Below are positions 31,577-42,673 of a DNA stretch of 64,000 bases, in pieces. Location of the stretch: positions 2,848,001-2,912,000 of the forward strand of contig OY970194.1 of assembly GCA_963708075.1 (NCBI GenBank), read 5' to 3'. The stretch comes from Sedimentisphaerales bacterium (lineage in GTDB: Bacteria; Planctomycetota; Phycisphaerae; Sedimentisphaerales; Anaerobacaceae). Within the stretch, counting starts at the first letter, position 1, and the number at the start of each line of letters is the position of its first letter. A program made the position numbers and the translations under genes. The notes under the pieces are model-generated. The model saw only the letters and a program-made list of their open reading frames with translations, had not been told where the DNA came from and made no database searches.

Positions 31577-33110
31577 GTGTGCGACTAATTTTCGTGGGGA
31601 TCGTATGGCCTGTGGGCAGTTGGACAGCGTATGATGAGAATGGAATTATTCAGTCATTCAGTCATACAGCAAGGAAGTACTCATGCACGAGAAGCTCACT
31701 GCCTCACAGTTGAAAAAGGCGATGAGGGGAGAGGTCGATACCTTGATCGAGGACGTGGTCAAGGCCGTCAATCAGGCCCAGGCCGGACGCATCATTGCCG
31801 ATAGCGAAGAACTCGTTCGCCAGGCCAGTGCGTTGTTTCGCCAGCGTCTCTATGAGAGAGCCCTTCAATTACGCCAGCAGCACAGTGAGGCGGCTTTTTC
31901 CCCCGATGCCCAGCGACGACGGCCCCAGGTACGAGAGTAAAGGCTGCCGTTCGATTGAGTATCTGACGGTCAATGGTCCTGTTCAGATCCGCCGCCGGGT
32001 CTATTGGAATCGCGGCAAGGGCTCCATCACCCCGGTGGATCAATGGCTGGGCATGAGCCACAGTCGCTACAGCGTGGGGGTTCGCCAGTTATGCTGCCGG
32101 GCGGCGGTCGGCAGTGACTTTCGCACCGCCGCCGAGAATCTGGCCTACGTCGGTCAATTGCACATCAGCCATGAGACGGTCCGCGGCCTTGTCGAGGGTG
32201 AGGGCCGGCAAGTCCTGACGCAGCAGCGTTCGGGGGCTCTGGGCCCCGACTGGGCGGCCGAGGACTGCCGGTCCGGACCGAACAAATCCACCTGCATCAT
32301 CACCGGAGCCGATGGGGTTAAGGTGCCCTTGGTCACCCAGGTGGAGAAAGAGAAACGCCGCAAGCGACGGGCCCGTCGCCGTAAGGGCCAGCCCAAGCGT
32401 CGGCCGATGCATCCCGGCAGTGATCTGCCGTACAAGGAGTTCAAGATCGTGGCGTTCTACGATCCCTCGAAACAGCACCAATATGCCATCGGCACCAGCG
32501 GCAATGCCCAGACGCTGGGCCAGTTGATGCGTCAGCACGCCGGCCAACTCAAGCTGGATCAAGCCGCTCTGGCCTACTCGGTGAGCGACGGGGCCGAGTG
32601 GATTCGCAAGCAATACCACCTCCAATTGCCGATGCTCAAGGCCAACATCCTGGATTACTATCACCTGCGGGACAACGTGATCAAGGCCAGTCAAAGCGTC
32701 TATGGCCAAGGCAGTGTGCAAAGCCAGCATTGGCGTGAGCAGATCTGTGGCTGCTTCTTAGAGCAAGGCCCCGAGCAGGCCCTGGAGCAGATCCAAGCCC
32801 TGCGTAAGACGCTTCGAGCCGCCGACAAACGCAAAGCCCTGGAGCAGTTGATCAAGTTCATTGATGTCCGCCAGGAGATGACGCAGTATCCACAATTCAA
32901 AGCGGCCGGCTATGAGATCGGCTCGGGCCCGACAGAGGCCTTCTGCAAGACGTTGACGGTCCGGCTCAAAGGCCCAGGGATGCGCTGGGACAAACCCAAT
33001 GCTGAGGCCATGATGGCCCTGGCGTCAGTGCGTTCCAGCCATCTATGGCATAACTACTGGGACATCCAACGCAAGATACCCGCCTGACCCCACGAAATGT
33101 AGTCGCACAC
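31577..33110 (+). mobile_element. ISKra4-family insertion sequence
   Basis: 23-bp terminal IRs (GTGTGCGACTA..TTTCGTGGGG, 21/23 match) at 31577-31599 and 33088-33110; 8-bp target duplication AGCGACTG at 31569-31576 and 33111-33118. Confidence 0.9.
31683..33087 (+). CDS. ISKra4-type DDE transposase in two overlapping frames joined near T5C5 (31895-31904)
   Basis: GADG, SDGAEWI, LDYYHL, IGSGPTEAFCK..RLKGPGMRW; ORF 31683..31940 overlaps ORF ending 33087 at GCTTTTTCCCCC. Confidence 0.85.
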
Positions 33111-33185
33111 AGCGACTGGAGCGACTGTCGCCAGTACTTTTTCTGTTGAATTCCGTGACATCATGCGTTACTCTTTCTACATCAG

Positions 33186-33725
33186 GTGAAGGAGAATCGA
33201 ACGTTGAGACCGCACAAGAAAAGTGAACTGCGATGGTCGCACAAGATCACGAGGCCCCGCATTGACGATAATAATCTGTACGGCTTTGTGCTCAAGACAT
33301 CGGCCAACCTTACGCTGATAGCACGCGACTACGATTTCTCCATCGATGGTTACAAAGTCATCCGGAACGACGATATCGCTGCCTTCAAGCCAACTCCCTC
33401 GACGCGATACTGTACCCGCCTGATGGAAAAAGAGGGTCTTACCCTCGACACCGAGATTGCTTCGCACATTGACATCACGGCCTGGTCCACCGTTCTCCTG
33501 GATCTGAAGAGGATGGATGAGTTCGTGATCGTTGAGAACGAAGAAGAAGGAGATTTCCTTATCGGGCCGATTCGCAGAGTGAACAAGAAATCGGTCAGCA
33601 TCAATTATTTCGACTGCAGGGGAAGGTGGGCAGGACCACGCACGATTCGATATGAGGATATAACCTCTGTCACGTTTCGCTCTCGCTATATCAACATCCA
33701 TCGCAAGTACATCAAGAAAGTATGA
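33186..33725 (+). CDS. Hypothetical protein
   Basis: 179-aa ORF with protein-like composition (DFSIDGYKVIR, ITSVTFRSRYI); GTG start uncertain. Confidence 0.65.
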   Translation: MKENRTLRPHKKSELRWSHKITRPRIDDNNLYGFVLKTSANLTLIARDYDFSIDGYKVIRNDDIAAFKPTPSTRYCTRLMEKEGLTLDTEIASHIDITAWSTVLLDLKRMDEFVIVENEEEGDFLIGPIRRVNKKSVSINYFDCRGRWAGPRTIRYEDITSVTFRSRYINIHRKYIKKV

Positions 33726-33877
33726 CACGGACACAGCCTCGTTCTTCTCCGTGGAGGCTCGGACGGTGACCACGTCGTAGCCGGGACTGCTTTAGATGTA
33801 GTCGAGAGAGTCTTTCAGTGGTGACTGACGGAGGCCGCCGCAAGCAGGACTCAGGACTGCGAGTTTTGGGAACCCTC

Positions 33878-33906
33878 TTGACAAGGGAGGGACAAAACGG
33901 TATAAT
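33878..33906 (+). promoter_or_regulatory. Perfect-consensus sigma70 promoter
   Basis: TTGACA (33878-33883), 17-nt spacer, TATAAT (33901-33906). Confidence 0.8.
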
Positions 33907-34088
33907 TCACAAAATAGAAGGTGCCTCAGGGGAGGAGGAGTCACACCAGATTGGGTGGGTTTACTGAGCGAAAGAACGGCCTGACTGTACGCGGCTATGG
34001 GTGCGCTGGCACTGTGCGCGAGCGTTGCCGTGCGCCGCAGCAGAGATCGTTCGAGCCTGTTGAGAAAGAAGAGAAATTGGGAGGAGTC

Positions 34089-34730
34089 ATGAGAAGAATC
34101 GTGTTGCTGAGCATTGCGCTATTGGCCGCGGGCGTAGCAAACGCCGGGCCCATGACGTTACCAGACACGGTGAACAACACCGCCGACAACGTCATCGATC
34201 CGCCGACGACAAGCTGGTTCCTGCCGGCGGCAACACCTCCCGGGTACACGCCTCCGTGGTACCGGTATCTCAATCAGGATTGGGGCTGGGACCATGCCGT
34301 GACGTACCTGCCGGACCCTTCCCCGGATGCCTCCGGCGTATTCAGTTTCGTCTCGGGGTCATTGGAAGTGCACGCCTGGGGCGTGAGTGACGAGGATCCG
34401 ACCCTGATCTACGCCGACGGCGTTCTTCTGGGTCCGCTGCAGCCGCAGCCGCCGGGCTGGGGCAACACCTGGACCACAACCCTGTTCAACCTGTCACCGG
34501 CGTTCCTGCAGGCTTATCTGGCCGACGGGGCCCTGAACGTGTGGATGGATATCGACACCCAGTGGAACGGGACGGGCGTCATCCTGGATTGGGGCGAACT
34601 CATCGTCAACTACCAGTGGGACTGGGTGGAGGGGCCGGATCAGCCGGTTGTCCCCGCTCCGGCCGGCATTGTGCTTGCCGGCATCGGTTCCGGCCTTCTG
34701 GGCTGGCTCAGGAGGCGACGGTGCCTCTGA
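34089..34730 (+). CDS. Secreted protein with PEP-CTERM-like (VPAP) sorting tail
   Basis: GGAGGAG RBS, signal peptide ..GVANA, C-terminal VPAPAGIVLAGIGSGLLGWLRRRRCL. Confidence 0.85.
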   Translation: MRRIVLLSIALLAAGVANAGPMTLPDTVNNTADNVIDPPTTSWFLPAATPPGYTPPWYRYLNQDWGWDHAVTYLPDPSPDASGVFSFVSGSLEVHAWGVSDEDPTLIYADGVLLGPLQPQPPGWGNTWTTTLFNLSPAFLQAYLADGALNVWMDIDTQWNGTGVILDWGELIVNYQWDWVEGPDQPVVPAPAGIVLAGIGSGLLGWLRRRRCL

Positions 34731-35106
34731 CGGCGGTCGCCGGAAGAAACCACGAACACATACAGCCGGGACAAACCCTCGCATTTGTCCCGGCTTCCTT
34801 TTTGCGCCAAATGAGCCTCGGTTGAACCGTATGCGACCAATCATCCTGGCGGCCCTGCCGTTTGTCCTGTCAAGCGGAGCGCAGTCGAGACATCTGGCAT
34901 CGCAAACACCGCACCTCTCAATCTCAGCCAGACCCCGCGACTTCGCTCGGGGTGACAAAGGGTGTTGCGCCGGCAGAATGTGGTCACAGGCCCGATCTTG
35001 TGTCTTCTGAAAGTGCACATTGCAATACCCCGGCGAGCCGTTATAATCAGTGGCGATTCAGCATCAACTGGAATGATGCTTCAATAGTGCTTTGACGGGA
35101 AGAGCA

Positions 35107-36105
35107 ATGCCTGGATGCCGGATGCGATACGTGGCCTTGGCCGTATGCGTGGCCCTCTCGTACTCTCACAGAGCCGCAGCGGAGACGTGGCGGCTCAAGA
35201 ATGGGGAAAAATGGGAATCGACAACTGCCGGACCCGATGAGCAGTACCTCCACGCCATCGCCGAGATCAAAAAGCTCGTGCAGGAGGGCGAGGCCCGAGC
35301 CGCCAAGGACATCGTCAAGCAGCTCAAGGCGGAATTCCCGGACCGGGTCGGGCCCGACCTGAACCTCTTCGTCGATGGCGAGCTGCGGTATTGGAAGAAT
35401 CGCTACGGCAAGGCGCTGGTCAAGTATGAGAAGCTCCTGAAGAACTATCCCGGCAGCGAGTTCGCGGACGCCGCCATGCAGCGGGAGTACGACATAGCCC
35501 AGGCTTACCTGGAGGGGCGCAAGAAGGTCGTTCTGGGCTTTATCCGGATTTCCGGCTATGCGGAGGGCGTCGAGATCATGGAGAAGACCAGCGATCGAGC
35601 CGGAATCGATGAGCCGGACAGCGTCGGCCTGAATGCGGCCATTGCCGTCGCGGAGCATTACGAGCGGACGGAGCAATACCTGGAGGGCTACCTCAAGTGG
35701 TCGGAAATCGCCTCCTATTGGGAAACCGGGCCCATCGGCAAGCGGGCCATATACCGCATGGCGGAAGACAACTTCCTGGCCTATAACCGCCACAATCCGG
35801 CGGAGAGGCATCGTTTCGACGCATCGAAACTCACGACGGCCAAGACATACTACGAGAGATTCCTGGCGTTGTATCCTACCGAGGCCGCCCAGAATGACGT
35901 GCCGGCGAAGATCAAGCAGATCGACGAAGACATGGCCTACAAGCAGTTCAAGATCGGCGAGTATTACCGGCGGGTCGGCAAGGACCGGGCGGCTTACCTC
36001 TACTTCGATATGGTCATCCAGAGCTGGCCCAAGACGGAGGCCGCAGAGATGGCCAGGCAGGCGATCACAGAAACGCCGAAAGGAGAAGAGGCCAGTGGCA
36101 AATGA
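35107..36105 (+). CDS. bamD: Outer membrane protein assembly factor BamD-like TPR protein
   Basis: TPR pattern YEKLLKNYPGSEF, YERFLALYP, IGEYYRR..AAYLYF..WPKT; upstream of lptE. Confidence 0.75.
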   Translation: MPGCRMRYVALAVCVALSYSHRAAAETWRLKNGEKWESTTAGPDEQYLHAIAEIKKLVQEGEARAAKDIVKQLKAEFPDRVGPDLNLFVDGELRYWKNRYGKALVKYEKLLKNYPGSEFADAAMQREYDIAQAYLEGRKKVVLGFIRISGYAEGVEIMEKTSDRAGIDEPDSVGLNAAIAVAEHYERTEQYLEGYLKWSEIASYWETGPIGKRAIYRMAEDNFLAYNRHNPAERHRFDASKLTTAKTYYERFLALYPTEAAQNDVPAKIKQIDEDMAYKQFKIGEYYRRVGKDRAAYLYFDMVIQSWPKTEAAEMARQAITETPKGEEASGK

Positions 36106-36631
36106 GCCCTGTACAACGACGGGCCGGCGTGCGGTGATGCCTGGCTGTGTACTGGCTGTCCTGGCGGCAACAACTCTCGCCGGCTGTGGCGGATACTCGA
36201 ACAAATCGCTGTTCCCGGGGGATATCAGCAGTGTTTACATCGAAATGTTCGACAACCGCACGTTTCGCCGGGGAATCGAATACACGCTCTCGGACGCTAT
36301 AGCCAAACGAATCGAGTCGGATACACCCTACAAGGTTGTGTCCGACAGAGATCGCACAGATAGCGTGATAGACGGTCAACTGGTGGTAGTTACCGAGTCG
36401 ATCCTGACACTGGAGCGGGAAACGGGCCAGGCCCTCGAAAAAGAGGTCATTCTGACCGCTACGGTCAACTGGAAGAATCTCAAGACCGGCAGGATGATGA
36501 TGAACAACCAGTCGGTAACCGCCGCAGCCAGCTATTCCGAATTCCTTCGCCAAGACTTTACCTATGCTTCCAGTCTGGCGGCAAACAAGCTGGCCCAGAA
36601 AATCGTAGAGGTAATGCAGGATAATTGGTAA
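36095..36631 (+). CDS. lptE: LPS assembly lipoprotein LptE-like
   Basis: Lipobox LAGCGGY; SVYIEMFDNRTFRRGIEYTLSDAI..TPYKVV; LAQKIVEVM. Confidence 0.78.
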   Translation: MANEPCTTTGRRAVMPGCVLAVLAATTLAGCGGYSNKSLFPGDISSVYIEMFDNRTFRRGIEYTLSDAIAKRIESDTPYKVVSDRDRTDSVIDGQLVVVTESILTLERETGQALEKEVILTATVNWKNLKTGRMMMNNQSVTAAASYSEFLRQDFTYASSLAANKLAQKIVEVMQDNW

Positions 36632-36705
36632 GATGTGGGAGACGCGTGTACCGGCCGCGCAGATCAGAGACTCACATCACAGGCCGGTTTTTAGAATACG
36701 AGCAC

Positions 36706-38715
36706 ATGAAAAACGACGAAAACAACGGCGGCGGCGAATACCGTCGCAACGACGACAAGCGATCGGGCAAGAAGCCCCCTCTGCCCAATTACCGCAGGGG
36801 ACCTCTCAGTTGGCTGATCATCGCGGTCATTGTCTTTACCGCGATCATGATGCTCCAGCAGGGGCTCGTCGCGAACACCCTGCGATGGGACCAGTTCCTC
36901 GTACAGTTGGAGCAGGGCAACGTCGAGCGCATCGAGGTCGGCGATTCCGAGATCATCGGCAAGTTCAAAGAGAATGCCCCGATGGCCAAGGAGAAGGGGA
37001 CGGTATCGTTCAAGGTCACCTACCGCCCCGAGGCCGGGGCGAAAGAGCAGTTGCAGAAAGCTCTGGAAAAGGTGGACGGTCAGAATCTGCAGATTGAGTG
37101 GAGCCAGCAGCGGTTCTGGCTCATCTGGCTGCTGAACTGGGTGCTGCCTCTGCTGCTTATGGTCGGCTTCGTTTACTTTTTCTTTCTCCGGAACCTGCGG
37201 GGCGGAGCGGGCGGCATGCTCATGTCGTTCGGCCGCAGCCGTCACCGCGTGCACGGCAAAGACCGCGTCAAGGTCACCTTCAAAGACGTTGCCGGAATCG
37301 ATGAGGCCAAGGACGAGGTCGCCGAGATCATCGAATTCTTGAAGAATCCCCGGAAGTTCCAGCGGCTCGGCGGGCGAATCCCTCGGGGCGTCCTGCTGAT
37401 CGGGCCGCCCGGCTGCGGAAAGACCCTGCTGGCCAAGGCCATCGCAGGCGAGGCCGACGTCCCGTTCTTCAGCATCTCCGGCAGCGACTTCGTCGAAATG
37501 TTCGTGGGCGTGGGCGCTTCGCGAGTCCGCGACCTGTTCAAGCAGGCCAAGGACAATTCGCCCTGCATCATCTTCCTCGACGAGGTCGACGCCATCGGCC
37601 GCAAGCGAGGCCCCAGCTTCGTCGGCGGCGGACACGACGAGCGGGAGCAGACCCTCAACGCCATCCTCGTGGAAATGGACGGCTTCGACACGAACGACCA
37701 GGTCATCGTGATCGCGGCGACAAACCGGGCGGATATCCTGGACAGCGCCCTTACACGACCGGGCAGATTCGACCGACAGGTGGTCGTTCCCCTGCCGGAC
37801 ATCAAGGGACGAATCGAGATCCTGCGGGTCCACGCCCGCAAGGTCAAGGTGGGCCCGGATGCCAATCTCGAACGGATGGCCCGGGGCACCCCGATGTTCA
37901 GCGGCGCCGATCTGGCGGCGATCATCAATGAAGCCGCCCTGGCGGCCACGATGGCCAATAAGGACTTCATCGAGATGGCCGATCTGGAGGAAGCCAGAGA
38001 CAAGGTCCGCTGGGGACGCGCCAAGAAGAGCCGCGTGGTGGACCAGAAGGAGCGAGAAATCACGGCCTACCATGAGGCCGGCCACACGCTCGTCCAGTCG
38101 CTTTTGAAGGATGCCGATCCCCTGCACAAGGTCAGCATCATTCCCCGCGGCCCGATGGGTGGCGCCACGTTCGCCCTGCCCGAGAAGGACCGCACAATGT
38201 TCACGAGGCGATATTGCATCGCCCTGCTGCAGGTCTGTTTCGCCGGCCGGATCGCGGAGGAGTTGTTCTGCGACGATATCTCCAGCGGCGCCCAGTCCGA
38301 CATCGAGCAGGCGACGAGGATCGCCAAGCAAATGGTCCAGATCTGGGGCATGAGCGACCAACTCGGCCCCATCAGCTACGGGCCGGATGCGGCGTCGCGG
38401 GAGCTGGCCTTCATGCAGCCCGAGCGGGAGTATTCCGAGAAGACGGCGGAAGCCATCGATCTCGAACTCAAGCAGATCATGGGAGATGCCTACCAGAACG
38501 CCAGGGACCTGATCGAGGCGAACAGGGATCGACTCGAGCGAATCGCTCGTGCCCTGCTCAAATACGAGACGCTGGATGCCGAAGATGTCAAACACATTCT
38601 CGACGGCGGCGAACTGGACAAGCCGACGGTTGGAGACCTGCTGGCCGCAGAACAGGCCAAGCATGAGAATCCAAAGACCGACGAAAAGAAGGAGCAGAAG
38701 CAGCCGGTCAACTGA
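36706..38715 (+). CDS. ftsH: ATP-dependent zinc metalloprotease FtsH
   Basis: Two TMs, [38 protein letters not shown]. Confidence 0.97.
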   Translation: MKNDENNGGGEYRRNDDKRSGKKPPLPNYRRGPLSWLIIAVIVFTAIMMLQQGLVANTLRWDQFLVQLEQGNVERIEVGDSEIIGKFKENAPMAKEKGTVSFKVTYRPEAGAKEQLQKALEKVDGQNLQIEWSQQRFWLIWLLNWVLPLLLMVGFVYFFFLRNLRGGAGGMLMSFGRSRHRVHGKDRVKVTFKDVAGIDEAKDEVAEIIEFLKNPRKFQRLGGRIPRGVLLIGPPGCGKTLLAKAIAGEADVPFFSISGSDFVEMFVGVGASRVRDLFKQAKDNSPCIIFLDEVDAIGRKRGPSFVGGGHDEREQTLNAILVEMDGFDTNDQVIVIAATNRADILDSALTRPGRFDRQVVVPLPDIKGRIEILRVHARKVKVGPDANLERMARGTPMFSGADLAAIINEAALAATMANKDFIEMADLEEARDKVRWGRAKKSRVVDQKEREITAYHEAGHTLVQSLLKDADPLHKVSIIPRGPMGGATFALPEKDRTMFTRRYCIALLQVCFAGRIAEELFCDDISSGAQSDIEQATRIAKQMVQIWGMSDQLGPISYGPDAASRELAFMQPEREYSEKTAEAIDLELKQIMGDAYQNARDLIEANRDRLERIARALLKYETLDAEDVKHILDGGELDKPTVGDLLAAEQAKHENPKTDEKKEQKQPVN

Positions 38716-38748
38716 CAGCATCCTCCTGGTGTTTACCTGGGACGCGAA

Positions 38749-40560
38749 ATGAGGATCAGGACCGCTCTTGTCGTATGCGCGATTGGCGCCGCCCTGCTTG
38801 GCGGGCTCGGCTCTGCTGTGGCCGAGGCGACCCAGGGAGCGGACGCCGTCGAGATTGTCCGGTATGAGAGCCAGTACTCTCGCGCACACGTCGAGCCGGC
38901 CCGCCTGGATGACAAGCCTGGCCTGGCCGTCGTCTTCGAGGGCACGAAGGACCTCCACTTCTACGCAAGTGACGAAACCGCGCCGGCCCCCGGCCTGAAG
39001 CTGAAAGTTGAGGCGACCTCGGACGCCCTCCGTTTTGAGCCGGCCGTCTTCCCAAAGTGGGAGGTCTTCAACGACGCTGCCATCGGCAAGATCCAGGTAT
39101 ACGTCGCCAACTTCACCGTCTTTGTCCCAATCCGCCAGGAGTCCATCAGCAGTGCCGGGCAGAAGGCCGCCGTCACAGTTCAAATCGCCGGCATCGCGTG
39201 CACCAGTCAGTTGTGCCTGCCCCCCTTTGAGAAGACCGTGACCGCGACCATCAACCTCTCTGACGTTGACTCCTGGAAGCCGATTGCGCTGGATGCCGCC
39301 GGGGAGGGCCCGGTGTCAAACGTCGGCTGGCAGTCCGCCTCGCCCCGCAGCACCGGCATATACTACCTGCTGGCGATCCTGGCGGGCCTGTCGATCAATA
39401 TCATGCCCTGTGTGTTGCCGGTCCTGCCGCTGATCATGATGCGGCTGATCGGTCAGGCCGATCATTCGAGCGGCCGGCGCATCGCGTCGGGGCTGGCCTT
39501 CTGTGCGGGCGTCGTTTTCTTCTTCGCCGCATTTGCCTTCGTTTCGGCGATCATCAACGTGACCACGGGCGCTGTGCTCGATCTGAACAGCCTCTTTCGC
39601 TATCCGGCGGCGGTGATCGTCCTGTTCCTGGCGATCGTGTTCTTCGCCCTGGCGATGCTGGACATCGTTACGCTTTCGCTGCCGTCCTCGGTCGCCACCG
39701 GGGAAGGCGCCGCCTACCACATGGCGGGCTCGGCGGGCATGGGTTTCTTCGCCGCGATTCTGAGCACGCCCTGCAGCGGAGCCCTGCTCGGCTTCGTCCT
39801 CGTGTGGGCACAAACTCAGCCGCTGCTCGTCAGCAGCACAGCGATTTTCCTGATGGGCGTGGGCATGGCCCTGCCCTACGCCGTGGTCGTCCTCGTCCCC
39901 TCCCTGCTCAACCGCCTGCCTCGACCGGGCTACTGGATGGACATCTTCAAGAAATCGACGGGCTTTCTGCTGTTCTTCATCGCGGTCAAGCTCACGCTCG
40001 CGGCACTGCCCAAGGACAGGCTCCTGAACGTGCTCACCTACGGCGTCGTTTTCAGCTTCTGCGTCTGGATGTGGGGCAAGTGGGCAGGCTTCTCGACGCC
40101 GGCGCCGAGGACGTGGACAATCCGCGCGATCGCCCTGCTGATCGCCGTAGGAGCCGGATTCTGGCTGCTCCCGGCGCGGGGACAACCGGCCGGAGGTGGC
40201 CCCGACTGGCGGCCCTATGACGCGGGCCTTGTCCAGGAGGCAATCTCGAAGGGCCGGCCCGTCCTGCTGAAATTCACTGCCGACTGGTGCACCAACTGCA
40301 AGGTCGTTGAGAGAAGAGTCTATCACGACCCGCAGGTCATCAAGCTCCTCCGTCAGAAGAACGTGCTGCCCATCAAAGCCGATACGACGCTCATCGACTA
40401 CCCGGCCACGAAAGACCTCAAGCAGGTCTATGGCGAGGCAGGTAACGTGCCGGTCACCGTCATCCTCCTGCCTGACGGCTCCCGGCAGAAACTGCGAGGA
40501 ATCTTCGATAAGGAAGAGCTGGCCAGAATCCTCAACGCACTCCCGGAGGCCACACTCTAA
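38749..40560 (+). CDS. dsbD: DsbD-like protein-disulfide reductase
   Basis: N-domain C-x4-C (ACTSQLCLPP), TM domain MPCVLPV and STPCSG, thioredoxin FTADWCTNC. Confidence 0.9.
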   Translation: MRIRTALVVCAIGAALLGGLGSAVAEATQGADAVEIVRYESQYSRAHVEPARLDDKPGLAVVFEGTKDLHFYASDETAPAPGLKLKVEATSDALRFEPAVFPKWEVFNDAAIGKIQVYVANFTVFVPIRQESISSAGQKAAVTVQIAGIACTSQLCLPPFEKTVTATINLSDVDSWKPIALDAAGEGPVSNVGWQSASPRSTGIYYLLAILAGLSINIMPCVLPVLPLIMMRLIGQADHSSGRRIASGLAFCAGVVFFFAAFAFVSAIINVTTGAVLDLNSLFRYPAAVIVLFLAIVFFALAMLDIVTLSLPSSVATGEGAAYHMAGSAGMGFFAAILSTPCSGALLGFVLVWAQTQPLLVSSTAIFLMGVGMALPYAVVVLVPSLLNRLPRPGYWMDIFKKSTGFLLFFIAVKLTLAALPKDRLLNVLTYGVVFSFCVWMWGKWAGFSTPAPRTWTIRAIALLIAVGAGFWLLPARGQPAGGGPDWRPYDAGLVQEAISKGRPVLLKFTADWCTNCKVVERRVYHDPQVIKLLRQKNVLPIKADTTLIDYPATKDLKQVYGEAGNVPVTVILLPDGSRQKLRGIFDKEELARILNALPEATL

Positions 40561-41247
40561 ATGGCAAAGATGTCCAAGACGAAGAAGACCGGCGCCTTCG
40601 ACAAGGCGGCGGCCGCCGAGCGGGTGAAGAAAATTGTGCCGATCTTGAAGAAGACGTATCCGCAGGCCACCATAGCCCTGCACTTTCACGATCCGCTGGA
40701 GCTCTTGATCGCGACAATCCTGTCCGCCCAGTGCACGGATGTCCGCGTGAATATGGTCACGCCGGAGCTGTTCAGGAAGTATGAGTCCGCCGCCGATTGG
40801 GCCCGTGCGGACCTGAAGCAGATCGAGCAGGACATCAGAACCTGTGGCTTTTATCACAATAAAGCCGTGAATATCAAGGGAGCCACCAAGAAGATCGCCG
40901 AGGACTTCGCCGGCAAGGTCCCGAACACCATGGAGGAGTTGGTCACCCTGCCCGGCGTGGGCCGAAAGACCGCTAATGTCGTGCTGGGCAACGCCTTCGG
41001 CATCCCCGCCATCGCCTGCGACACCCACGTCATCCGCCTGTCCCGCAGGCTCCAACTGTCCGAAAATAGCGATCCGGTAAAGCTGGAGTTCGATCTGGCC
41101 GATATAGTCCTTAAAAAGGATTGGACGCTGTTCAGTCATCTGTTGATCTTTCACGGCCGGAACATCTGTGTCGCACGAAAGCCTAAGTGCCCCGTGTGCC
41201 CGATCGCACAGTACTGCCCCGCGGCAAACAACCCCGACCTGTGGTGA
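40561..41247 (+). CDS. nth: Endonuclease III
   Basis: LIATILSAQCTD, HhH LPGVGRKTANVV, DTHV, C-x6-C-x2-C-x5-C. Confidence 0.96.
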   Translation: MAKMSKTKKTGAFDKAAAAERVKKIVPILKKTYPQATIALHFHDPLELLIATILSAQCTDVRVNMVTPELFRKYESAADWARADLKQIEQDIRTCGFYHNKAVNIKGATKKIAEDFAGKVPNTMEELVTLPGVGRKTANVVLGNAFGIPAIACDTHVIRLSRRLQLSENSDPVKLEFDLADIVLKKDWTLFSHLLIFHGRNICVARKPKCPVCPIAQYCPAANNPDLW

Positions 41248-41339
41248 CCGCCAATCCTCCGTAGCAGGTGAGCTTTTGGGGAAAGCAGGACGAGTCCGTA
41301 CTCCCCAAAAGTCCGGTAGCAAGTAGGAGATTGAATCAA

Positions 41340-42068
41340 GTGGTTGACGGCATTGACAAACCCGTAAAGGACCTCTGGCGTATTTTCCGAGTCATGGCCG
41401 AGTTCACGGAGGGCTTCCAGGAACTCGCCTCGGTCGGCCCGGCGGTTTCCATCTTCGGCTCCGCGCGCGTCCCCAGCAAGCACAAGTACTACAAGCTCGC
41501 CGAGGTCACCGCCCGCAAGCTGGCCCAGGCGGGATTCGCCGTCATCACCGGCGGCGGCGACGGCATCATGGAGGCCGCCAACAAGGGAGCGATCGATGCC
41601 GGCGGACGCAGCATCGGCTTGAACATCGAGCTGCCCCAAGAGCAGGTCCCCAACGACTTCCAGAACCTGTCCCTCCATTTCAGGTATTTCTTCGTCCGCA
41701 AAGTTATGTTCCTGAAGTACGCGCACGGATTCATCGTCTTCCCCGGCGGGTATGGCACGATGGACGAGTTCTTCGAGTCCGCCGTCCTGATCCAGACGCT
41801 CAAGCAGGCCCAGTTCCCGGTGATCCTGATGGTCAGCGAGTACTGGGACGGTCTGATCCACTGGATGAAGGACAAGATGCTCAAAGAGCACGGCTTCATC
41901 TCCCCGGAAGACCTCTTCGTCTACACCGTCGCGGACGACCCGGACGAAGCCGTCAAGATCATCGTGGACTTCAAGCAGAAGCAAGGCGCCGGCGGACTGG
42001 CCATGCCCCCCGGCATGAAGAAAGGCCAGGAATACAACCACTCCGACTCGACCCAGGCCACCGCCTGA
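41340..42068 (+). CDS. LOG family (TIGR00730) protein
   Basis: SIFGSAR, ITGGGDGIMEAANKG, YFFVRKVMF, PGGYGTMDE; GTG start after AGGAG. Confidence 0.9.
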   Translation: MVDGIDKPVKDLWRIFRVMAEFTEGFQELASVGPAVSIFGSARVPSKHKYYKLAEVTARKLAQAGFAVITGGGDGIMEAANKGAIDAGGRSIGLNIELPQEQVPNDFQNLSLHFRYFFVRKVMFLKYAHGFIVFPGGYGTMDEFFESAVLIQTLKQAQFPVILMVSEYWDGLIHWMKDKMLKEHGFISPEDLFVYTVADDPDEAVKIIVDFKQKQGAGGLAMPPGMKKGQEYNHSDSTQATA

Positions 42069-42182
42069 CACCGTCTCGCTCAGTCACGCATGCGCGACTG
42101 ATTTTCGCGAGCAGGCCCTCCCTTTGTCATGTCGAGTCGCTGCGCCGCTTCACGGCTGGTGTCGAGAAGAAACCTGGGACTT

Positions 42183-42261
42183 GGGTGCCATGCTTACGCT
42201 CGCGTAAGCATGCCTTGCCCATCGAGTCGAACATGTCTACGCAAGCATAGACATGGCACCC
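42183..42261. repeat. REP-like doublet GGGTGCCATG...CATGGCACCC
   Basis: Terminal 10-bp inverted repeat with an internal hairpin in each arm. Confidence 0.7.
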
Positions 42262-42504
42262 GGCCCGAACATCTCCTGCCGCCGGGTAGAATACTTGGTT
42301 TCCCGGAACATACAAGGTCGTGCGTCCTCGCACGACTTTCTGCCCCGAGCAGAACAGGCCGTGTGAACCGAGATCTCTCGTCCAACAAATCAAGTCCCCG
42401 TCATGAAACGTAGTCGCACCCCATCGGTCTTTTCAACAGAGTAACACTTGACAGGGGACATGCCGGACGGTCTACTATGCCCTTTCCATGAGGCTCTAAT
42501 GTCA

Positions 42505-42577
42505 TGTCACCCCCGCGCAGGCGGGGGTCCAGGATCGTTCGATAGGCAACTGGATTCCCGCCTTCGCGGGAATGACA
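42505..42577. repeat. TGTCATTCCCG..CGGGAATCCAG-type palindromic doublet; single copies at 55208-55235, 57258-57286 and 59186-59213
   Basis: ATTCCC-N8-GGGAAT-type core with CTGG/GACA flanks, repeated across the window. Confidence 0.8.
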
Positions 42578-42673
42578 TGTGGGCAGCCTTGCCATATCTC
42601 ATTCTATTAGAGACTCTCAGGGCGTTGGACTGATTTTGGGCCGAGTTCATCGGCACCAGGCGAGGTGTTCGGC

